Of a stretch of DNA of 64,000 bases, positions 1 to 11,941 are shown piece after piece. The position numbers were made by a program, and so were the translations under genes. Position 1 is the first letter of the stretch; each line of letters begins with the position of its first letter. The notes under the pieces are model-generated. The model made no database searches. It was not told where the DNA came from and saw only the letters and a program-made list of their open reading frames with translations. Source of the DNA: Callorhinchus milii. Lineage: Eukaryota. The stretch lies in the NCBI RefSeq assembly GCF_018977255.1, contig NW_024704769.1, forward strand, positions 1,736,001-1,800,000. The letters run 5' to 3'.

Positions 1-223
1 ATTGGGTGTAAAATAGCCTGAGGATAGGTAGGAGGGTTTTGGAGGAGAAAAGGGCAGGATGTGGTTTCTCTATTAGCATTCTCCATAGGAAACAGGAGAC
101 AAGAACCCTTCCAACTTTACTGAAAGCCCTGTGTTGAGGTTTCATTTGGGGTTTGGTCTGATAATTTAATTGTGACTTTGATCTCCACATCCCTTACAAG
201 AGAGAGAGAGAGAGATGAGCCCT

Positions 224-573
224 CTAGCTCAGTGGTTATACTGCGAGAGGACCCAGGTTCATTTCCCGGGCAGGGCAAAACGTTAGGCAAGTTTCCTTAC
301 TCCACACACAAGCCTCTGTTTACCAGCAGTAAGTAGGAACCTGGTTGTTAGTTGACTGACTGGAGTAATAATCCCATCAAAGAACTAAATAAAGGAATAA
401 TTCGGTCACTCAATTCACGACTGTTTGTGGGAATGTTGCTTTTGCTGCAATAAGCGGCTGCATTTCGCCCACAAAATATGCATTCAATTCACTTTACAGT
501 GTATTCCGTGAAGCGCTTTGAGACGTCGCGAAGACGTGATAAGGCGTTATATCAATTATAAGGATTATTATTA
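224..573 (+). mobile_element. tRNA-Ala-like SINE, exemplar of the dominant family (roughly 55-60 full or partial copies in the window)
   Basis: Head TAGCTCAGTGGTTAGAGCACTCGC-CTCGCAA-GCGAG-AGGAC-CCGGGTTCGATTCCCGG (A and B boxes, CGC anticodon-like loop), conserved body, and tail AAGCGCTTTGAGACGTCTC...AAATGCAAGG(ATT)n. Other near-full copies lie at about 2195-2530(-), 4660-5030(+), 5690-6060(+), 6230-6600(+), 8780-9135(-), 12420-12715(+), 18265-18630(-), 23360-23750(-), 30335-30670(+), 42800-43180(+) and 58900-59275(-). Confidence 0.9.
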
Positions 574-1058
574 TGAGTTTTTTTAAGGAAATGCTTTGTT
601 TTCCACTGGGCTTCATGTAGATGACAAAATATCTGATACAAATTGTGTGAGTCCAAGAATCAGGGTGCAGGTCATTTATAGTTTGAGGATACTGGCAAGT
701 GGAGGGGGACCCAATCCACTGTGGATTATATTTGTTTGTCTCTGCCAGTTTCCTGCAGCATTTACAATTGTGGTTAATGTAGGCATCTCATCATATGAGG
801 TAACTTAGTGTTGGGGGGGATTTAAACACCACAACTTTCAGGAGGCAGTTTTTCACCCAAAGGCAACTGGGATCTAGAATCCTCTCTCTCGCCCAAAAGG
901 CTGTAGATTATGGCTGGATCCACTCACATCGTAAAGACTGAGGCGGAGAGATGTTTGTTAGCTCAGGGGATATGACCCAACTGTGCAGCGCCTTGGGACG
1001 TCCTCCTGACGTGAAAGGCGCTCTATAAATGGAATCTTGTTGTTGTTGTTGTTGTTGA

Positions 1059-1165
1059 TATGGGACAAAGCCTGGTATTTGGAGTTGAGGTACAGATCAG
1101 CCGTGATCTTATAGAACGGCAGAACAGGCTCGAAGGGCTGAATGGCCTCCTCCTATTCCTTATGC
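1059..1165 (+). mobile_element. CR1 LINE 3' terminal fragment
   Basis: GAGGTACAGATCAGCC...AACAGGCTCGAAGGGCTGAATGGCCTCCTCCT. The same end recurs at about 25780-25875, 26385-26460, 47335-47410, 48535-48660, 49235-49350, 53175-53220 and 58105-58335. Confidence 0.82.
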
Positions 1166-3183
1166 AACTCTATGTCTTTTATATTGCATACTGAGCCATT
1201 TAACACAACTTAATAGAATAATACCTTATAATGCATCCAGTAAGATATAATCCTTGCATTTGATATAGTCTTATGACGGCGTTGAAACATCTCAAAACGC
1301 TTCGCAGAATATACTGTAAAGTGAGTTGACTGTATATTTTACGGGCAAAACACGGCAGCCAATTGCACACTGAAACGTCCAACAAACGGTCATAGATTGA
1401 GCGATCAAATTTTTCTTTTGGAAGGATTATTACCTGTGGGTCCCTACGTGTGTGTAGAGTAAGGAAGCTTGCCTAAGGTTTCGTCCTGCCCAGGAATCAA
1501 ACCCAGGTCCTCTCGCTTGTGAGACAAGCGCTCTAACCACTGCACTACAGGACTCCACAGGTTGAACTGCAGAATTTTTTCAGTGTGACTGTTTACTATA
1601 AGATCGCAACCTGGCTCTCTGGATAGTTTGGGCGGGTAATGAAGAATATTCGTGCTGGAGATTTCATACTGGTGAATTCCTACCTGAGTACATAATATTT
1701 ACGATGCAGAAATAATTATTGTGCTGATTTTGTGGGACCACAAGACTTCAGTGTGTGGAGCCAACAGAAGTTTTGTTCCGTGTGAAAACATTGATAGAGA
1801 GTAGCGGAGACGAGGAGAAAGCTTAATTGGGGTTACTGTTTATAATGTGTACAGCAGCGCTGTGCTAGGGGTGATGTGCAGTGATAATAATTATCCTTAC
1901 ATTTGATATAGCGCCTTATCACATCGTTAAAGATGTTTCAAAGCGCTTTACAGAATGTTACTTATCTTTTCTCTGTTCTTAATAAAACAGTGATTTATAG
2001 TAATACTTTTTTGAAGTGCCAGTTGTGGATCCACTGATCTCATAGCCGTGTGTAAAAAAGAAATAATTTTCTTTCCTATAACGCCTCATTATGTCAGTTT
2101 CAAAGCGCTTCGCAGGTAATTACAGTGGTTGTTAACCAGGACACCTGGAAAACATATCATTTTGAACAGTGTCATGTGATCTTCAACCACATAATCCTTG
2201 AATTTGGTAAAGCGCCTTATCATGACGTTGAGAAGTCTCAAAGCGCTTCACAGAATATACTGTAAAGTGAATTGACTGTATATTTTGTGGGTGAAACACA
2301 GCAGCCAATTGAGCACAGCGGCGTCCCACAAACAGTCATGGATTGAGTCACCAAATTATTATTATTAATTCGAGGGGTTATTACCCCTGGAAAGCAATCT
2401 GCTGATTGACCAACAACCGTTTTCCTACTTACTGCGAGGGAAACAGAGGCGTGTGGAGTAAGGAAACTTGCCTAAGGTTTTGCCCCGCCCGGGAATCGAA
2501 CCCAGGTCCTCTCGCTTGCGAGTTGAGCGCTCTGACCAATACGCTGCAGCACATCTCACGCAAAATACAGCACTTCCAACAGTGCCACATTCCCCCGGCA
2601 CTGAGAGGTCAGTGTTTCATGTGGGGCTTCAACTCACAGCCTTGTGACCCAATGCTGATGTATGTGTAGGATGGCCCAGTGTATTTGCTAACCATTTGAA
2701 TGTTAATTGCTTGATGGCCCCCACAATTCATAGATGTCTATGACCTGTCCATCTGTCTACTTGTTTGAAGAAGTCTGACTCCAATGTTTTAGGAAACATT
2801 TCAGTCATTAATTGTTACAGACAGCTGCTTTGGAGACACTAAATACAGACTTCATAGTATTAAGCTTTTTAACGGTTTGTTCTGTGCGTAACTATAGCTT
2901 ACAAAGGGATTATTACCTCTGCTTTTCCGGGGGTAATAATCCCTTCAATAAATAATAATAATTTGGTCACTCAAACCACGACTGTTTATGGGACACTGCT
3001 GTGCACACTTGGCTGCTGGGATTCACCCACAAAATATACAGTCAATTAATTCACTTTACAGTTTATTCTGTGAAATGCTTTGAGAAATCTCAACGACGTG
3101 ATAAAATACTATATCATATGCAAGGATTATTATATATTATTGTTAAAAAAGCTATACAGATTAGTGCCGACCAAACCTGTAAT

Positions 3184-3560
3184 TTAACAGTGACGGAGCC
3201 GGATTCCGAGGTGGGGGAGAGGAGATGGCCGTAAGCACTGGTCGAAGAGGAAGGTTTTTAGGCGGGACTTGAAAAAGGGGAGAGAGGGAGGGGGCGAAGC
3301 GGAAGGATTGAGGGAGAGCGTGACAGAGTTTCGGGGCAGAGCGGCTGAAAGCGCAACCGCCGATGGTGGGGGCGCGAGGGACGAGCAGGAGGCCGGTGAC
3401 AGTCGAGTGGAGGCACTGGGTGGTGGATTGGGGAGTGAGGAGGTAGGGGGGGGAGGGAGGGAGGTGCATAGAATGAAGGGATTTGAACACACGGGTGAGG
3501 ATCTTGAAGTCGATCCACTGGGGAGCCAGTGCAGCCTGGGCCAGAACGGGTGAGACGTGG
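3184..3560 (-). mobile_element. L2-clade LINE 3' fragment
   Basis: Translates to a degenerate L2 ORF2 C-terminus (WIDFKILTRVFKSLH...LLLVPRAPTIGGCAFSRSAPKLCHALP; FFKSRLKTFLF). Similar fragments lie at about 7490-7683(+), 11350-11635(+), 14600-14870(-), 25290-25530(-), 28560-28790(+), 40450-40760(-), 43440-43640(-), 44040-44400(-), 55900-56580(+) and 60640-61020(-). Confidence 0.85.
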
Positions 3561-6153
3561 GTACGGAGTTTGGTCTGGGTCAATATGCAGGCGGCAGAGT
3601 TCTGAAGGACCTGGATCTTTCAATACAATGCTATCACGTCCTTTACACTTGATAATGACATCCTTTGAGCAGACACATTTGAACAATAAGGACTTCCACT
3701 TATGCCCACGGGATACAAATAAAACACAGAGCATCTGAGAGCCTTTCAACTGTATCCACTTGCATGTTATTTGGTTTGTCAACCCACAAGGGCAGCTGGA
3801 TGGGAAATGGTAATATCATACTGGTGTGGAACAGAGACTGGGTTTAAGGCACATTGTTGGGTCAGAGGAGATGGACCTTGATGTTGCACCTCACCTGTGT
3901 TATACTGAGGCCCGGGGTGTTTGACATTGATACATGGCGCTAAAAGTGCAAATAGATTGTGTTCTCAAGATCAGAGCTCTTTCATCTCAACCACCATTGA
4001 ATTCACCAAACTAATGTTGAAATGTGAACCGCAGGCGACTAACTGCACACTTCTCAACCTGCACCAAGGTAAACGGTCACATTGAAGGAGAGCATGCACG
4101 CATCAAATCTTCAAGGCAAGAGCTGGGAGCAGACAAATCGTTACCTAGCATGTAGATATTAGCCACTCCTGTATATTTTGTGGGCGAAACGTAGCAATCA
4201 ATTGCGCCCAGCAGTGTCCGGCAAACATTCGTGGACTGTGACCAAAGTTCTTACAAGGGATATTATTATCCCCGCCAATTGAGGGTTCCTACGTACTTCT
4301 AGGTAAACAGGCGTGTGTGTAAGGAAACTTGCCTAACGTTTGCGTGCTGCCCGGGAATCAAACCCGGATCCTCTTGTTTGCGAGGCGAATGTTCTGACCG
4401 ATACACTACAGGACTCCACAGAATTATAATCAGTTTGTTTACTTGCAATCCTGAGGGATTGAGATGTTCCATGTGGCAAAACCAGATGTTTTTGCCTGTA
4501 AAATCTCACTCCTATGCAATAAGAAACCTCTGGGAAGTAATCCAACTCGGACCCCAATGTTCTTTACAATGTTTGTTGGTTGCAAAAATGTAAAGGTTGG
4601 TTTCGTGCCTTTGGTGATGTCAAACAGATTCCCCGAGATGTCAGAAATGGCTTTATTTCTGAGTCAGTGGTTAGAGCACTCACTTCAAAACCGAGAGGAC
4701 CCGAGTTCGATTCCTGGGCGGGCGGGCGGGGCAGGGCGAAGCCTTAGGCAAGTTTCCTTACTCCACACACGTGCCTCTGTTTACCTGGCGGTAAGTAGGA
4801 ACCCGATTGTAAGTCAATTGACGGATCGTTTTGTTGGGGTAATAATCCCCCCCCCACCCCAAAACAAATTTGGTCACTCGAATGTTTGTGGATCACTGCT
4901 ATGCGCAGTTGGCTGCTGCGTTTAGCCCATAAAATATACAGTCAATTCGCATTACAGTATATTCTGTGAAGCGCTTTGAGACGTATCAACGACATAATAA
5001 AGCGTTTTATCAAATGCGAGGATTATTATTATAGCCAATTTGCACACAATAACGTCCCACAAACAGCCGGGAATTCAATGGCTAATTTGGGGCATTGTTG
5101 ACCTGGACACCAGGAGAAACTTGCTTCTCTTTTCGAATAGTGCAGATGGAGAATCTCAAGGGAATGAAAGATTGCCTGTTTCATAGTAAAACCCACTGGA
5201 TTGTTTGCTGCAGCGATGAGTAAAATTTACAGCTTTGTTTACATTCCCAGCAGTCGTTAATTCTTCTTGAAAGCCTTTTAAATTGACGGCTTGATTCTAG
5301 ATCCCTAAATAGACAGCAGAAGAAAGCACTTAAAACTTGGTCTGTGTGAGAGAGAGGTTTGATTTTATGTAATGTAACACATTTCAGCAAACGTCATAAG
5401 ACCGTAAATCATTGATGATAATAATAATAATAAATTGGTCATTCAATCCCACGACTGTTTGTGGGACGCTGCTGTGTGCAGTTGGTTGCCGCATTTCACC
5501 CGTGAAAATACACAGTCAATTCACTTTACAGCATACACTGTGAAGCGCTTAGAGATGTCTCGAAGATTTAGTAAGGCGCTGCATCAAATGCCAGGATTAT
5601 TATTATTATAGACTCCCTCCTCTTTTCGAGTGGTGTCATGGGGTCTTTGATGTGCAACTGAACAGGCAGATGGAAGCTATTTTGTGGAGCCCCGTAGCGT
5701 AGTGGTTAGACCACTCGCCTCGCAAGCGAGAGGACCCATGTTTGATTCCCAGGCAGGGTGAAGCCTCAGGCAAGTTTCCTTTCTCCACACGCCTCTGCTT
5801 ACCCAGCAGTAAATAGGAACCCGGTTGATAGTCAATTGGCGGATGGTTTTCTGCTGGTAATAATCCCTCAAAAAGAAAATTAGTCATTCAATCCACACCT
5901 GTTTGTGCGACGTTGCTGTGCGCAATTGGCTGCCACGTTTCGTCCACAAATGGCCAGTCATTCCACTGTGCGATATATTCTGTCAAGCGCTTTGAGATGT
6001 CTCAACGACGTGCTGAGGTGCTATATCAAACGCAAGGATTAATATTATTATTAAGAAGAACTTTTTATTTCCATAGTGATGGCAGAATTGTCATTTTGTT
6101 TTCCATGTGTTCTCTTGTGTTTTTCTGACCCTCTCTGCTCTTTCCTTCGACAG

Positions 6154-6218
6154 GGTGTGTGTCAGTTACCAGATGACAATGATGCCTGTGACTATCCACA
6201 CAGGAGAATTGACATCAG
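6154..6218 (+). CDS. POLB: POLB exon (GVCQLP...RRIDIR)
   Basis: cag|GGT...ATCAG|gtgagt, 65 nt. Confidence 0.95.
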
Positions 6219-9200
6219 GTGAGTTACATGCATAAAGCTCAGTGGTGAGAGAACTCGCCTCGCAAGCGAGAGGACCTGGGGGTTCGATTCCCTGCAGGGC
6301 GAAATGTTGGGCAAGTTTCCTTACTCCACACACCCGTCTCTGTTTACCCAGCAGTAAGTAGGAACCCAGTTGTTAAGTCGATTGGCGGAATGCTTTCCAG
6401 GGGTAATAATAATTCCTTCAAAAAAAATAATAACTGGTCACCTCAATCCATGACTGTTTGGAGGACGCTGCTGTGCACAATTGGTTGCTGCGTTTCGCCC
6501 ACAAAATATACAGTCAATTCACTTTACAGTGTATCCTGCGAAGAGCTTTGAGACGTCTCGAAGACGTGGTGAGATGCTGTATCAAATGCAAGGATTATTA
6601 TTCTAATAATAAATAGGTAAGAATAGACTCAATGGTGTATTCGGCTTCATGTCTGCCTTTCAAGGGCGGCAGCTTCCACACATCTGGACTAAAACAACAA
6701 CAACAAATTACATTTGCATAGCGCCTTTCATTAAAAGACCCCACAATGCTGGTTAATGTTTCAGGGAAATAGTTTCCTGATTGAGGTTTATCAATAAAAA
6801 TGCTGCAGCTGAAAAATGTTAGTCCAATCACCGAGTTGCCAAACCCTTTTATATTTTATATAATGGCTAGATTTCTTGCTGAAAGGAACAGGTTTCAAAT
6901 TGAGTCTCACCTACCATGACGGTAATTATAAACAACAAATAATAATTCCTTCTGAAAAGTAATTCCTTCACTCAATCCACGACTGTTTGTGGCGGACGCT
7001 GCTGTGCGCAATTGGCTGCTGCGTTTCACCCACAAACTATAGTCAACTCCCTTTACAGTGTATCCTGTGAAGCGCTTTGAGACGTCTCGAAGACGTGATA
7101 AGGCACTGTATCGAATGCAAGAATAGATCACGGCTTGAGATTGCCATGTGTCGTTCATCACTGTGGTCTGTGATGACTTTGCTTAGCTGGAGCCCAGTAA
7201 CTTTCCCCCTCTTCCCGATTCATTTTGTTTCACAGCAGACTCCAGTCTCCTGCTCTAACCATAAGTTGAGCGCTCTCCTCAGCGCTAAGGCCAACTAACT
7301 ACCAATTTGAAAGGAATTAGAACCAGCTTGAAGAAACACACTCACTTTTTAAAACTGATGTTTCAAGTGAAGGGAAGTGAAATTCTCACCAATATACAGT
7401 CGTTTAAAGAAAACTTTAAGCTCTTTCAGTCAGACTCCTTTGATATGTCGGAGAAATATTTCAACTGTTCTTAGATTTTTTTTCATCAACCGTGCCTTCA
7501 GCTCCCCCTCTCGACTCTCTACCCCCTCCTCGCTCCCTCCCTTCCCTCCCCTCCTCGTTTCCTCCCTTCCCTCCCCTCACCCTGACCGTTTCCCCCCTGC
7601 TCGGGTCCCGATCCAACTGTCCAGCGCCTTGGGACGTCCTCCCGACGTGAAAGGCGCTCTATAAATGCAGTCTTGTTGTTGTTAAATGCTAGATATTAAC
7701 CCCTGGAATTTGTACAGTAGAACTCGCATAAGTCTTATCTTTATAAATCATATAATCGCCTAAGTATATTCCCATTCAATTTCCCATCAAAACCACTCTC
7801 GTATTAATCAGCTCCTACATTTACCCGCTGCATTAAGTTCCACAGTGTAGATTATTGATTGAATCAGATTTTCTAGCTCAGCTAGAAATATAATTTTGGT
7901 GATAATTCAGTCAAGTTGCTAACCGAGGCTTTGTGAAGCAGTGGAACAAACGTATTCCACGTCGAGACTAAGACAGTGCTAGAAACGTAAATGTAGAATT
8001 TACGCCTTTAAACCAGTTGTAATTTAATCCTTTAAGAATCATCAATCACTCTTCACTTGAAGTAATCACAGATGTTACTGCACATCCAGACATACCCTAT
8101 CACAACAAGCTGCTGGCTTGGTTCATGAGTAATACAAAACACAGTCCAGGTGGTTACGGGAAGAATTTTTGATACTCACAATTTGATATAGCGCCTTATT
8201 ACATCATTGAGACGTCTCAAACGTGCCTAAGGTTTCGCCACAGTCGTGGATTGAATGACCAGCTGTATTTTCCCCTGGGTAGGTGGGTGTATGGCGCTTT
8301 GAACAATGAATCTTGGGGAAGGTCATTTTTAATTTAGCCGGGAAAGGTTTGCCCCACCCGGGAATTGAACCCAGATCCTCTCGCTTGCGAGGCGAGTGTT
8401 GCTAACCACTACGGTACATGGCTGATTGCTTTGATGATTATATTGGTTTAATCTTCCTATTCTCTATATTAATCTGGATACTGACATCTGTGTCTGTCTC
8501 CCTACACAGGCTGATTCCAAAAGATCAGTATTTCTGCGGAGTGCTGTATTTCACCGGCAGTGACATATTTAATAAGAACATGAGGACTACCGCACTGGAA
8601 AAAGGCTTCACATTGAACGAGTATACCATTCGCCCAATGGGATCCACAGGTAAGGCTCAAGTGGCAATGAAAGCCGTGATCTTGCTACTTTATGAAATGC
8701 TCCTTTTCTGCATCGTTGTTTAAAAAGGATCGTACGAGTACAACACACCCTAACATTTCAACTGCTAGATTGTTGTGATGTGATAATAATAGTCCTTGCC
8801 TTTGATAGAGCACCTCATCATGTTGTTGAGACATTTCAAAGCGCTTCACAGAATGTACTGTAAAGTTTAGTGACTGTGTACTTTTTGTGGGTGAAACGCA
8901 GCAGCCAATTGGGCACATCAGTGACCCATAAACAGTCGTGGATTGAGTGACCAAATAATTCTTTTGCGGAGAGATTATTATCCCCCGAAAACGATCCGCC
9001 AATTGACTAACTACCAGGTTCCTAGTTACTGTTAGGTAAACAGGAGTGTGTGTGAGAGTTAAGGAAACTTGAGTAAGGTTTCGCCCAGGTCCTTTCGCTT
9101 GTGAGGGGAGTGCTCTTACCACTACACTACGGGACTCCTGTAGTCTGTAATTACATCTATAGTGACTGAAGAGTTAAATTGTGAGTAATTCAAGTTAAAC

Positions 9201-10898
9201 CGCATCGACAATATTGTATATGGTTTGACAAAGGGATCTGGACATCACTGTTGCTGTGGATCAACACTGGGCAGTTCTCACGTTTTAAATAAGTTTTATG
9301 ACCTATAATTAGTGTATCATAGTGCAAAGGCTTGAAACCTTCGAAGCAGACCCTTAATAAACTGCATCTTAGAAAACACAAAGCTTTTTGTTCCTCGCAG
9401 TCAGGTTAGTGACAAGTCAGTTGATCAGCACAACACGCCTGGCACTAAGTGGGGTCATTTCAGGACATTGCTTATCCACAGGGTGTTCACAAAGTCCTAC
9501 CCCCCATATTTCTCTCTGCAGTGCACTGAACAATAACTAACAAGCGGAAAAACGATGATAATTCTTCACCGTTTCATCATCATGCTTCAGTACCACCTTG
9601 GGACGTCCAACAATAATTTATTGTTGTTCCTGTAGTGGTTAGAGCACTCGCCTCGCAAGCGAGAGGACCCGGGTTTGATTCCCGGGCGAGGCGAAACCTT
9701 AGGAAAGTTTCCTTACTCCACACACACGCCTCTATGTATCTAGCAATAAGTAGGGACCCGGTTGTTAGTCGATTGGCCCCATTCTCCCTTGCTCACACCT
9801 TTTCAAAACCTTTCTGGTAACTGAATCGCTGAACTCTATGGTAACCTAAGGAACAAGTAGGTGCGAGCACCAATCCTGCTCAGACAGTGGTTTCCTGTTA
9901 TTGTGTACTCCGTGGGAACCAGGCAAAATGTGCAATTGCTTTGCCCATCTCTTCACAAGCTCCCAGTTGCACAATGTTTGAGGTTGGCATTTGGCTGGAG
10001 GCTACTGGGAATGGGAGCTGAGTAACTGATGAATATTCTGGAGGCTGCCCCGAGTTTGTTTCAATTACATTTCCCCGACAGTAAAACCACACACAGCAAA
10101 GCTCAGCTCTGTCTGTCCTCCTCAACAAGTTATTGTTGTCTTCAGTTGAACGGCTGCATTCTTTCCAGTTTGCGGTCTTCCTGTTTGTTTCGCCCACAAA
10201 ATATACAGTCACTCTGCTTTGCTGTATGAAGCTCTTTGAGACGTCTCGAAGATGTGTTGAGGCGTCATATCAAATGCAAGGACTATTATTATTGTTACAC
10301 CCGTTATCATCATGCCTGTGTTTTTTTTTGAAAGGTTGCACACGGCAGGCTCTCATCAAAAACTACACTTGGAGAAGGATCTTAAGTTTAGATTTTTAAT
10401 TAATTGTATATTTAAATTTTCTTAAACATCTCAAGACCCTCCTCTTCGGCCGCACCTTTGGTCACCCTCCTACCCCTACCCTCCCTGTCCCACAGCCAGT
10501 CATGGATTGAATGACCTTTTTTTAAGGGATTATTATCCCCAGGAAAGCAATCCACCAATCGACTAACAACCGGGTTCCTACTTACTGCTGGGTAAACAGA
10601 AGCGTGTGTGTGGAGTAAGGGAACTTGTCTTAGGTTTCTCCGGGAATCGAACCCGGGTCCTCTCGCTTGCAAGGCGAGCACTCTGAGCTACAGGGACTCC
10701 ACTACAGCTGCAACATGAAATACACAGCTTTATTCTCCTTGGATTCTGTGCTCATTAAAATGGTAGAAATGTATATTAACTGAATGAATGTTTGTAAATG
10801 CAGGAATTCCAGGTGAGCCGCTGCCAGTGGACAGTGAGCAGGACATCTTTGACTATATTGACTGGGTTTATCGAGAACCTAAAGATCGAAGCGAGTGA
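6154..10898 (+). CDS. POLB: DNA polymerase beta, 3' part (last three coding exons; upstream exons not recognised in the window)
   Basis: Exons 6154-6218, 8510-8649 and 10804-10898 join in frame to [99 protein letters not shown]. This matches the Pol beta C-terminus (RRIDIR with the third catalytic Asp, YFTGS, NMR). All splice sites are GT-AG. Confidence 0.97.
6230..6602 (+). mobile_element. tRNA-Ala-like SINE, near full length, immediately after a POLB exon
   Basis: Complete head, body and tail as in the exemplar. Confidence 0.88.
7715..7875 (+). mobile_element. Tc1/mariner-like DNA transposon remnant (inverted second copy at 11250-11679)
   Basis: TA|CAGTAGAACTCGCATAAGTCTTATCTTTATA. Its reverse complement ends at 11679, and internal GTGTAGATTATTGATT is shared. 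Confidence 0.55.
8510..8649 (+). CDS. POLB: POLB exon (LIPKDQY...MGST)
   Basis: cag|GCTG...ACAG|gtaagg, 140 nt. Confidence 0.97.
10804..10898 (+). CDS. POLB: POLB terminal coding exon
   Basis: cag|GA ATT CCA...AGC GAG TGA, encoding [15 protein letters not shown]. Confidence 0.96.
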
Positions 10899-11935
10899 TT
10901 GACATCCATGAATCGTCCTCGGAAGATTTACTCAGCAATAACTGCGATTCCGGAAACTTTCTATCACTGAGGACGTACAGTCAAGCCTCAGTAAATCTAG
11001 GCTTCAAGTACGTTAAGATCTCTGCGGAGGTCAAATTGTAATGTTTGTACCTCAGCACATTCACACCCTCCATTTTGCACCGTAATCAGAATGAAACATT
11101 AGGTACAATATACTCGCAAGAAACCGTGGATGTGATTGATAACCCTTTGACTGTTCACCACACTCGTGTCGTTCAGTCCAGGAAACAGCTCAGTAAAACT
11201 CACATAAGTCGTGGCGGACGGGAAGGTAACATTTAATATGACTGACGCGAAATCCGAGTTGCAAGCTGTAGGAGTCGAAGAAAATCCGAGTTAATCAATA
11301 ATCTACACTGGGCCTGTCTAACTTCACGCAGCCGGTAAGTGCGCACGCTGTCACTTTTCTGTCATCCGTGGGATGTCCTCCCGACGTGAAAGGTGCTATA
11401 AGAAATGTAACTTCTTGTTGTTTCATTCAGCCTCTCTGCCCCCCACACTCTGGAACTCTACCCCACAATCCCTCCACCTCACCCCTTCTCTTGCCTCCTT
11501 CAAGTCCCGTCTAAAGACCTTCCTCTCTGACAGTGTCTTCGGCCAACCTCCCACCCCCGAATGGGCCTCAAGTGAATGCACGACTTTGGCGATGACACTG
11601 CCCTGGGTGAGGCGCTGGATAGATGCAAACTATTGCTGTTACACAATGTATAAAGATAAGACTTATGCGAGTTTTACTGTCAGATCAGTAGGGAAACAGC
11701 TTTGTCTCTGGATCATGTGTGCGTTCCCTGTGATGTGGGCTTGGCCTTTGGGTTGCCAGTGTTGCTCAGGGATCACTGAATTTTACTCGATGAAATAACC
11801 GCGATGATTTCTCTATCCCTTTGCTCAGTATTTTACTGCTTGTGTGGTCAGAGGTTGTGCTGGTAAATTATGCATGAATAGCCACAACCACAGGAGAGAA
11901 GGCAGTCTGTCCTTCCTTTTAGGCTCTTTGTAGTA

Positions 11936-11941
11936 AATAAA
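11936..11941 (+). terminator. Candidate POLB polyadenylation signal (AATAAA)
   Basis: AATAAATAAA about 1 kb after the stop codon; a second AATAAA lies at 12196-12201. Confidence 0.4.

Noticed and set aside
224-300. tRNA-Ala genes (many cloverleaf-like heads)
   Set aside because: They lack a paired acceptor stem and terminator and continue into a SINE body, so they are SINE heads.
1-6153. Additional upstream POLB exons
   Set aside because: No segment encoding a GETKFM-like or GDMDVLL-like peptide was recognised; the region is repeats and intron.
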